A program made the translations under genes and the position numbers. From contig JAGIQG010000018.1 in NCBI GenBank assembly GCA_024679065.1, positions 35,216,001 to 35,280,000 on the forward strand: DNA of 64,000 nt, in the 5' to 3' direction. The notes under the pieces were generated by a model, which saw only the letters and a program-made list of their open reading frames with translations, did no database searches and had not been told where the DNA came from. Below, piece after piece: positions 52,527 to 64,000 of the stretch; within the stretch, counting starts at the first letter, position 1; the number at the start of each line of letters is the position of its first letter. The DNA comes from Sphyrna mokarran. Taxonomy: Eukaryota.

Positions 52527-53376
52527 GCTGAGAAACTTAGCCATGATTGAATGGTGGAGCAGACTCGATCGGCCGAATGACTTAATTCTACTCGTGTATC
52601 TTATGGTCTTGTGGTTGAGGTAATAAATGAGAATATTGCATCTGCCTTCACCACACAAGTGGATGTTGCCTAAAGCTATGTAAATGCAAATCTTTTTTTA
52701 AAATCTGTCCTTGTACTATATGTACCATGAAACATCCGTCACTAGAGTGTGAATGTTGCATTAAGTTGTGCAGAGTTAGACATGAGAAGACTAGAACAGT
52801 TGAGAAGTACTCAATGTCAGGAAGCCTGACTGCAATCTGCAATCTACGTATATTGGTGGCATCCTGGTTTCTGATGGGGAGTTAAGGGGAAGTGATGTAA
52901 GCTAAATTACAGCTTTGCCCCTCAAGTTTGCAGGACAAAAGAAATTGCACAAAGTATGCAGTTTCACACTGAATTGAGTAAAAATTTTAACATAGAACAA
53001 GTTGCTCATTCTACTGAGCAACGCCAACTGTACAGGGTGCATCAGTCAGACACTGTCGCTATCAGTGAACATTAGCAACAGGAGGAGTCCAATTAGACCC
53101 CTATGTCAATTTGATTTCAACTGATCTGTATTTATCTGTCCTGGTCCTATTTTCTTAACATTCAAAATATACCGATATCAGTTCTGATATTTTCAGTTAG
53201 CATCCTTCTTCCCTGCTCGACCACAAGAAGTTTTGATGGGGTAAGGACAGAGCTGGAATTGAGAGTTCCTTCCTCTTTTTATATGAAGAGCTGTGTCTGT
53301 TCCGACTGTCCCCTATCTGGTAATTACAAGTCCTAGGAAACTTGTTGGCTTAATGTCAATGTATTTCTGTGTCTAG

Positions 53377-53503
53377 TTGCGGAAGCCAATTTGCTGAGCA
53401 GGACGTAGTTGGTGGAGATCACATGGGCTGCCATTTCAACTCCATGCTGCAGACTACAGGGCTGCAGTATCATGACTTCATTCATGTCAGCTTCCATAAT
53501 AAG
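53377..53503 (+). CDS. DAGLB: DAGLB exon 7 ([36 protein letters not shown])
   Basis: tctag acceptor, gtaatc donor, 127 nt. Confidence 0.95.
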
Positions 53504-53663
53504 GTAATCATTGGCAGGTTAAAAATCTCACCTTTATTTATACCTCAGCTTGATCCAAAAGTGCCGAGGGAATGCTGCCCCTTGCAAGTGCCCTCTTCTA
53601 GATGAATGAGGGTCCTGTCTATTTATTTCAGTCAACAACAAATGTCCCATGCCAATTTAAATG

Positions 53664-53968
53664 GCAAGCACAATGGTTAGCACTGCTGCTTCACAGCTCC
53701 AGGGACTTGGGCTCGATCCCTGGCTTGGGTCACTGTCTGTGTGGAGCTTGCACATTCTCCTCATGTCTGTGTGGGTTTTCGCCCACAGTCTATAGATATG
53801 CAGATTAGGTTGATTGGCCATGCTATAATTGTCCCTCAGTGTCCTGAGATGCATAGATTAGAGGAATTAGTTGGGAAATATGTACGGATATGGAGGTAGG
53901 ACTGGGGTGGGATTGTGGTCAGTGCAGTCTCGATGGATACAATGGCCTCTTTCTGGACTGTTGGGCTT
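53664..53968 (+). mobile_element. Near full-length HE1-like tRNA-derived V-SINE
   Basis: A-box-like tggttagc, B-box-like gctcgatcc, V-domain-like tgtgtggagcttgcacattctcc, CR1-like tail. Confidence 0.85.
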
Positions 53969-54654
53969 TGAAAGAAGGGCAAAGATTTTTCCATTGTATT
54001 CTATTGAAGAGCTGGGAATTCATTTATTTGCTATTTATGGGAGCTTGCTGTTTACAAATTGGTCAAGTTTCCCATGTTACATTGGTAGACTGCACAAGCA
54101 GAGTAATCTGTTTAATCTGAAATGGAATGGGATATTGAGGACAAAGTGGATACTGTAAAAATGCAAATTTGTTCACCCTGGCTTAGAAATATCTTTCATC
54201 TGTGTCTGACCAATCTATTGTTTTAAAAAAAATGCTGTTAGTGATTAAAGAGGAACTGTTACATACAAGGTTTATCAAAAGCAGCAATTTGTGAATGGAG
54301 AGATTCAGTGGAGTACTGAGGAAATTTTTAACATTTGATTGCCCAACTAACCATATGTCCTTATTTCAAATTGGTAAATGCAGAAAAATGTAACTGCTTT
54401 GTTGTATTTGCAATAGAGTGAGTGGTCCTCTCCACAGTGTTGTCCTTCCACTTGTGAAAGAGGTGGGTAGATGTGCGCAATGCTAGGTTTGTCTGTTCCC
54501 CATTTTGTAGGGTTATTTAAACCTCGTGTGTTCTGTAACTATTCAGTGTAATAGACATGGCTCAATAATTGTGGCCTGTTTTCAGAAAATAATTTGAAAT
54601 AATTGTGGGCTGCATTAAATCTTTAACATGTCTTATTTTCACCCCATGGTGCAG

Positions 54655-54738
54655 ATTTATGAAATTCCATTTTATGTGGCACTGGATCACAAAAAAGAAG
54701 CTGTGGTGGTGGCAGTAAGAGGAACACTTTCTCTTGAG
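54655..54738 (+). CDS. DAGLB: DAGLB exon 8 ([28 protein letters not shown]); later exons lie beyond the window
   Basis: tgcag acceptor, gttagt donor, 84 nt, lipase class 3 VRGT motif. Confidence 0.95.
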
Positions 54739-55109
54739 GTTAGTCTTCCTTCAACTTTTTAACACAACCAATCAGTTTAACCTTGGTGGGGAAGCTTCTA
54801 GAAATGAAAATTTGGGACAGAATTAACACTTGGGCAGACGTTAATTAAGGAAAGCCAACATGAATTTATGAAGGACAAATAATATTTAATTTACTTTAAT
54901 CTTTTTGTGAAGTAACAGAGGATTGATGAGCACAATGCTGTTGACTTGGTGTCCATGGATTTCCAAAAGGCATTCAAAAAAGCGCTACACAACAGACTTC
55001 GGAGCTAAATTCGAGCTCATTGAATAAAAGGGACAGCAGCAAAATAAATATAAAAGTGACAGGGAACAAAGAGCAATGGTGAATTATGGATGAGCAATAA
55101 ATGCAACAA

Positions 55110-56741
<1,632 letters not shown>

Positions 56742-56999
56742 TAAATGAATTTTTAAAAAGATCATTGTCTTTTGGACTGGATGAAAGATTAGAGTGGTTT
56801 AAAGTTACACCCTAGCTAAGACAGTAACACTACATGTTGCATTCTGTCCTCATAAGCAACATTCTTTGTCTGTTTAAAAAAACAATACTTTTCTCTGTAT
56901 ACAATACATGTGACAATAAATCAAAGTGTCGGTGTTAGGGCTCCTGTTCTTCCTGATGTATATTAAAGACCTTTCTTTGTTATTTCATAGACAAGAGCT

Positions 57000-57330
57000 T
57001 CACTGGCAAGGTCAGCATTTGTTGTCCATCCCTAATTGCCCGTGAATTGATGACTTGCTAGGCTGTTTTCAGAAGTTGTTAAGAGTCAACCACGTTGTGT
57101 GGATCACCAGACCAGATAAGAATGGCAGATTTCCTTCTCTTAAAGGACATTTGTGAAACAGTTGATAATTCTATGATCACCATTAGTGAGGCCAGCGTTC
57201 AGTTCCAAATTAATTAATTAACTGAATTTAAATTCCACCAGCTGCCATGGTGAGATTTCAATCCAGGTCCCTAGAGCAATAGTCTGAGTCTTTGCTAGTT
57301 CAGTGATGTTACAACTATATCACCATCTCC
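57000..57330 (-). mobile_element. Shark SINE-like repeat with an L2-type tail (related copies at about 7230-7375, 31420-31770)
   Basis: Shared blocks catccctaattgccc, gttaagagtcaaccac and atttccttctcttaaaggaca. Confidence 0.65.
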
Positions 57331-58502
57331 CTATGATCTTGGTGTCCAGTGTGTGATTTCAAATGTTCCATAAGTGTTGAAAGCACTGTGTTACAGACAG
57401 GAGGGGGATTAATATAACCAGCCCAGAATTCTCCTTTCACCACCTGTTTGTAGATTTTTGATTTCCCCCCTTTTATGAGTAGAACACTTCAGTTTTGGAT
57501 GATCCAAACCTCTATTAGTCACCCTACAGCAAACTTGACCGAGATTAAATCAGAGTTAGTTTAATTTATACAGCACAAAATACAGGAACAGAATTCACAA
57601 CATTCTTCCCAACACTTTTCCATTCCAAAATAAAATTAATTGTTTCGCTTGAGTCCAGAATCAAAAGTCCAATGATGTATTCCTTCAGAACAATTAACCA
57701 GCTGAAATTGATACTGAGGGATTCAGTTTTCCAGTGACACTGACCTCCACAATGGGTGAAGCACGTAGAGCTGACTTAATCTTGTAATAAGCACTGGTAT
57801 TGAAGTTCAAACATTCCAGTAGAAATCGGGATAGATGAGGGCCAGACAGTTTTAAATCTGGACAGAGTTCTGGTTTTGCTGCTACCAGATTAGTGGAAAG
57901 TAAAAGTTGGAGGTGAACTATAGTCTGGAATCCGGCTTTTCTTCTGAGTCGAAACAGCGATGGAAGATAAAACACAAAACCTGTATAATTAAAGCAATTC
58001 AAACAGCGTAAGTCTCATTCATGTGATGATGGCTTCAGGTCGAGCCGTTTAGTTAACGATACCTCTTGTTAAAACCCATTGTGTTTTAAGCAGGTAATTG
58101 TGGAACCATTAGCAATTGGAAATGAGGAGGCACCAGCCTTTGTCCAGAGTTGGCTGATTCGAATGTCTCATTTACTATTCTTCATGTTGGCTTGGCTGAA
58201 ATGTTTATATAATGCAAAGAGCATCATCTTCCAGGAGTTTGAGGAATTTGCCTTTGTTCTTTTTTTTAAACTGCTGAGAAATTTCCAGAACTACCATCGT
58301 GTGGTCAACTTCAGCCATTTTAACAATGCAGTTATTTGTCCATTTTTTAAAAAAAATATATGTAGTATATATAGGCATATATGTTATCCTTCATGTGTTC
58401 TGGGCTGACAGTTGTGAACTGTGAGGATAGAGTAGAACTAAAAAAGGATATAGTTAATGGAATGAGCAGACAAGTGGCAGATAAATTTAATACAAAGAGT
58501 GA

Positions 58503-59474
58503 TTTACCATTTACATAGATGATCTGGAGTAAGGGGCTGAGTGCAGGGTGATGAAGTTTGCTGATGACACGAGGATGAGTGGAAAAGCAAGTTGCATGGA
58601 GGGTGTGGAAAGCCTGCAGAGGGATCTGGATAGGTTGAGTGAATGTGCGAGGACCTGGCAGATGGAGGCGTGAGGTTATTCACTTTGGTAGGAATAACGC
58701 TAGGAAGGATTATTATTTAAATGGCGAAAAGCTGCAGCATGCGACGGTGCAGAGGGACCTGAGAGTCCTTGCGCACGAATTGCAAAAACGCAGTCTGCAG
58801 GTGCAGCAGATGATCAGGAAGGTGAATGCAATGTTGGGCTTTATAGCTAGGGGAATAGAATATAAAAGTAGGGAGGTATTTTTGCAGCTGTATAGGGTGC
58901 TGATGAGGCCGCAGTTGGAGTACTGTGTGCAGTTTTGGTTGCCGCATTTGAGGAAGGATATATTGGCCTTGGAGGGGTTGCAGAGAAGGTTCACTAGGCT
59001 GATACCAGAGATGAGGGTGTTGGGTTATGAGGAGAGACTAAATAGGCTAGGTTTGTACTCATTGGAGTTTAGAAGGTTGAGGGGATCTTATAGAGATGGA
59101 TAAGATAATGAAGGGGATGGATAGGGTAGAAGTTGAGAGACTCTTCCCGCTTAGCAATGATAGCAGGACTATAGGGCACAGCCTCAAAATGGGGGGGGGG
59201 GGGGGGGGGGGTTGTTCAGATCAGAGTTGAGGAGGAATTTCTTCACGCAAAGGGTGGTGAATTTTTGGAATTCTCTGCCTGTTGAAGTGGTGAAGGCTTC
59301 CTTGCTGAATATATTTAAGTCAAGGATGGATAGGTTTTTGATTGACAAGGGAATTAAGGGTTATGGGGAGAAAGCAGGAAAGTGATACTGAACCACTGCA
59401 GATCAGCCATGATCTTATTGAATGGCGGGGCAGGCTCGAGGGTCTGGATGGCCTCCTCCTGCTCCTATTTCTTA
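58503..59474 (+). mobile_element. Young CR1 LINE, sister of 55110-56741 in opposite orientation
   Basis: ORF 58639-59103 peptide is almost identical to the minus-strand copy. Confidence 0.95.
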
Positions 59475-59589
59475 TAGAGATGACAGAACAGTTTGAGAAC
59501 ACAGTTATTGAAACATATGGCATTCTGCATATGTTACACAAAGACGCATTACACAAGAAGCAAAGTTTTTTTTAAAAAGATAAAACACT

Positions 59590-60330
59590 TATTTGATGAA
59601 GAAGTACAATATAAGGGGTAGGAGTCTTAGCTGTGTTGTAGAGCAGAAGGATCTCGGGTCCGGGTCCATAGGACTCTTAAATCGGCCTCGCAGGTGGAGG
59701 AAATGGTCAAGAAGGCATACGGTGTACTGGCCTTCATTAATGGAGGAATAGAGTTTAGGAGTCAGGAGGTAATGATGCAGCTCTATAAGACTCTTGTCAG
59801 ACCCCAGTTGGAGTATTGTGCGCAGTTCTGGTCGCCTCATTATAGGAAGGATGTAGAGGCTATTGAGAGGGTTCAGAGGAGATTTACAAGGATGCTGCCT
59901 GGATTGGGAGGCAGGCCTTATGAAGATAGGTTGAGGGAGCTGGGACTCTTCTCACTGGAGAGATGTAGGTTGAGAGGCGACCTGATAAAGGTTTATAAAA
60001 TGTTGAGAGGAATAGATAGGGTGGACTCTCAGAGACTATTTCCCCGAGCTGAAATGGTCACTACGAGAGGACACAGATTTAAGGTGCAGGGAAGCAAATA
60101 CAAAGGAGATGTCAGGGGTAGGTTTTTCACTCAGAGGGTGGTGAGTGAATGGAACCGACTGCCGTCGGAGGTTGTTGAGGCAAACTCACTGGGGTCTTTT
60201 AAGAGACTTCTGGATGAGTATATGGAAAGGAATAGGATAGGGGGTTATAGATAGGTCTGTGGATTGGTAGACGTGATCGGTGCAACTCGTGGGCCAAAGG
60301 GCCTGTTTGTGCTGTATTGTTCTATGTTCT
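59590..60330 (+). mobile_element. Young CR1 3' fragment with open ORF2 end
   Basis: ORF 59694-60254; ttctatgttct tail. Confidence 0.95.
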
Positions 60331-60464
60331 ATTCAGCCTCAGCTGAGTATTGCATCCCATTCTGGGAACCACTCTTTAAGATAAATGTGAAGGCTTTGAA
60401 GAAGGTGCAGTAAAGATTCATATGAGTCTCGAGTAATTTGATGAATGAAGACTTCAGTTACATA

Positions 60465-62585
60465 CTGGATAAAAGCAAATTACTGCAGATACTGAAAGAG
60501 AAAATGCTGGAAAATCTCAGCTGGTTTGGCAACATCTGTAAGGAGAGAAAAGAGCCGACATTTCAAATCCAGGCGACTCTGTCAAAGCTAAAAGGCTTAG
60601 TGAGTGGGAGATATTTATGCTGCAGGGTGAATAAATGAAAGATGAATCATAGCCACAGGAACCAGGGGAAAAGAGGACTGATGCTGTCCATAGAGAGAAT
60701 AGAGGGTCTGAATGGCCAAATGGCTATAAGTTAAAATGAAGATGTTGGGGAGGAGGGGAAATGGATGGTACAGAGGTAAGATTTAGAAAAGAAGAAGCAA
60801 AGGAGAAAAAAGATAAAGGAAGGGGAATAAAGTAGGGAGAAAGAGTGTGGGGGGGGGAGAAAAATGAAGAAAGACAATAAAGAAATAAGAAGATAGAGAA
60901 CAGTAAAAAAATAAATAAAATGAAAACAAAGGTGTCGAGGTGGTAGGAGCAAATCATCTGAAGTTGTTGAATTCAGTGTTGAAATCGGAAGGTTATAAAT
61001 TGTCTAGCCGGAAGATAAGATGCTGTTCCTCCAGGTTGCGTTGAACTTCACTGGAACATTGTAGCATGCCAAAATAGGAATGGGAGCAAGATCGTGTGTT
61101 TAAAATGGCAAGTAACTGGAAGGTCAGGGTCCTGATTACGCATAGACTGAAGATGCTCAACAAAGTCATCACCCAGTCTACGCTTGGTCTCTCTGATATA
61201 GAGGAGACCACATTGGGAGCAGGGAATTAAATACACCAAATTGAAAGAGGTGCAAATGAAACACTGCTTAACTTGGAATGAGTATTTTGGACTTTGGATG
61301 GCGAGCATAGAAGATGTAAAGGGATAGGTGTTACACCTTCTGTGATTGTATGGGAAGATGTCATGACTGATGGGAGAAGTGTTGGGTATCATGGAGGAGT
61401 GGACTAGGTTATCTTGGAGGAAATGGTCACTGTGGAATGCTAATAGAGGGAGTGAAGGGAAGATGTGTTTGGTGATGACATCATGCTGGAGTTGGTGAAA
61501 ATGGTGAAGGATTCTGCTTTGCATGCAGAGACTGGTAGGGTGAAATGTGAGATCTATTCTGGTTCTGGTAGAGAAGAGTGAGTGAGGGTTGTGGCAAGGG
61601 AGATAGACTGCATGCTGTTGACGGCCCTGTTGACAACTGTAGATGGTAAACTATAGTTGAGGAAAAAGGAATGTTTCTAATATATTAGAAGCACCACTTT
61701 GGAAGGTGGCATCATTGGAACAAATGTGATGGAGGTGAAGGAGCTAGTCTAGAATCCGGCAAGAGGCTGGAGTCCTTACAGCACGCGGAGTGTGACAATC
61801 TGTAGTCCAGATAGCTGTAGGAGCCAGTGGGCTTGTAATGAACATTGGTAAATAGTCTATTGCTGGAAATAGAGACAGAAAGGTAAAGTAAGGGAAGTGT
61901 CTGAGATGGACCAGGTGAAGGTGATGGTGGGTGGAAACTGGAAGTGAAGTTGATGAATTTTTCGAGGTCTGGACGAATGCGTGAAACAGCAGCAAAATAG
62001 TTATCGATATGCCAATAAAGGAGTTGTGAGAGGGGACCTGGGTAGGCTTGGAACAAAAGTTTCACGTACCTCTTAAGACAAGCGTAGCTAGGACTCAAGC
62101 GGGTACCCATTGCTATTCCTTTAATTTGGAGAAAGTGGGATGAGTTAAAGGAAAAGTTGTTGAGAGATAGAACAAGTTCAGCCAGGCCTGAACAATTCCC
62201 ATTCTCCTCCACCACTCCTCTACCTGAATGAGTTTGTTCTATCTCTTAACATTTCCTTTAATTCAACAACTTCAGATAATTTGCTCTACCCCACCTCAAC
62301 TCTTTTGTTTTCATTCTACTTTATTTAATTTTTAATTGTTCTCTACTTTTTAATTTCTTTATTATCTTTCTTCTTCCCGCTCCACTCTTTCTCCCTACTT
62401 TAACTCCCTTCCCTTACCTTTTCTCCCCCTTTGCTTCACTTCCTTAAACTGCACAATAAATATCTCCCACTTTCTATGCCTTTTAGCTTTGACAAAGGAT
62501 CGTCTGGACTTGAAACATCAGCTCTTTTCTCCTCTTACAGGTGCTGCCAGACCTGCTGGGATTTTCTAGTATTTTCTCTTTTAAG
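60465..62585 (-). mobile_element. Penelope-like retroelement (RT plus GIY-YIG, decayed) with inverted terminal pseudo-LTRs; 12-bp TSD ttcagttacata
   Basis: LVLSLNNFSFNSSHFLQIKGIAMGT (PLE RT) and NLVYLIPCSQCGLLYIRETKRRL (GIY-YIG). TSD at 60453-60464 and 62586-62597. Confidence 0.92.
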
Positions 62586-62990
62586 TTCAGTTACATAGAA
62601 AGATTGGAGAAGATTGAGAGATTTGATAGAGATATTCAAAATGCTGAGGATCTGAAAGAGTAGACAGGGAGAAACACTTCCCATTGGTAGGAGGATTGTG
62701 AACCAGAGGGGACAGATTTTAAGTTAATTAGCAAAATTAAAAAATGGCAACATTAGAAAAAGCTTTTTCAAATAGCGGGTGGTTAGGATTTGGAATGCAC
62801 TACCTAATAATGTGGTAGAGGCAGGGCCAGTTGAAATTTTCGAGGGATTTAGATGTATCTAAAACAAATAATGTAAGGGCTACAGGGAGTACATAGGTGG
62901 TTCTAGGTAAATTGCTCCTTCAGTAAGACAGCACTTGCATGACAGGCAAAATGGCCACCTTCTGTGCTGTGACCATTCTACAATTCTATG
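62586..62990 (+). mobile_element. 3' end of an old CR1 interrupted by the Penelope insertion
   Basis: Continues the CR1 coding sequence from 60331-60464 across the TSD and ends in a CR1-type tail. Confidence 0.75.
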
Positions 62991-64000
62991 ATGCACAACA
63001 ATGGAATAGACTTGGGGGCTTATTCTCAGATTAATCATTCATATTTCTTTAAGTTGATTGTTTTCAATCCTGGAGTCCCTTACCTAGCAGCAGTGTGTGT
63101 ACCTACACAGCAGAGATTGCAGCAGTTCAAAAGGCAGCTCATCGCTACTTTCTCGAGGGCAATTAGCAATGGTCAGTGATTGCTGTCTAGTCAGCAAAGC
63201 CCATGTCACTTGAATGAAAATTGGAATTTGTAGATTTATAGATAAACGTTTAGCCAACTTCAAGCTGCTGTATTAACTCACTGAAATATAATTGTTTACT
63301 CTTTTGAAACTTGGAGGTTTCAGCCAAATAAGTAGTAATTTCTAATCTAAAGCAAGGCTTTATAACAGCAACCTACAGCCATATGCTGGTTGGCCTGGCC
63401 CCCTCAACCCCTGCTCCCATCACTGGGTGATGTCCACTCATCCACAAACTCGAGTGGCATGGGAAGCATCAACGCTGCTCCCAGAGCCTATATAAGTTTG
63501 CTAACCTGGCAGTTTAAACATTTGAAGCTCTGACTTTTAAAAATGATTCTGACAATACTCTTGTAATAACTGACTAGTGTCACTGGATGTCTCTGTGCAA
63601 CAATAAACCAGGTTAGATGCTGCTGCTCTGTAGCACCACAGCTGAATAATGCTAGGAATTTGAAAATTAATCACCCATACTTCCTCTTTCTAGTTGTTAA
63701 TTTTGGCAGCTCCTAGTTGAAAGGAGACATGGGAGACAACATGTTTCAGTCTATGCAGAATCTCCAACTAAGGATGACCTCATATGCATTGGATTGTCAT
63801 TAAGATCTCGGCTAATTTACCCGTGAGTTTGAAGAAGGTGGGGGGGGCTTCAGGTTAGGAACAATTTTACTATTTTGTTTGATTAGTGATGTAATCTGAG
63901 GCACATTGTCATTTTTTTATGACAGAAATACCCATCGAGCCCAAAAAAAGAGGACGTTAGGCCTGGTTGACCAAAAGCTTGATCAAAACGAGTTTTGAGG

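Noticed and set aside
53664-53730. tRNA-like sequence with A/B boxes
   Set aside because: It is the head of a HE1-like SINE, not a tRNA gene.
63920-64000. Acceptor-like gacag as candidate DAGLB exon 9
   Set aside because: The translation does not resemble the expected D(V/A)LTDLSA segment; exon 9 is probably beyond the window.

Overview
AT-rich vertebrate genomic DNA, almost certainly from a cartilaginous fish (shark-type HE1/V-SINEs and Deu-domain SINEs, dense CR1/L2 LINEs, Penelope-like elements). Three spliced genes lie on the + strand: the last exons of otoancorin (OTOA, about 1-6874, ending in a GPI-type tail), a complete 5-exon KDELR2 (16845-31958, 212 aa) and exons 1-8 of DAGLB (42437-54738, continuing past the window). 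Most ORF-track entries are retroelement fragments or noise. I found no new protein-coding system. The most unusual signals are in the mobile DNA: (1) a CR1 LINE family, 4 copies here, whose 3' end is a captured degenerate tRNA/V-SINE; (2) small palindromic Penelope-derived elements with decayed hammerhead-ribozyme cores and 14-bp TSDs, plus a related Penelope copy with inverted ends and a 12-bp TSD; (3) a 220-bp templated insertion with a fold-back junction; (4) simple repeats arising at the same site in two inverted sister CR1 copies. Gene and family names come from my recall of homologous sequences, not from a database search. Repeat boundaries are approximate unless a TSD is given.
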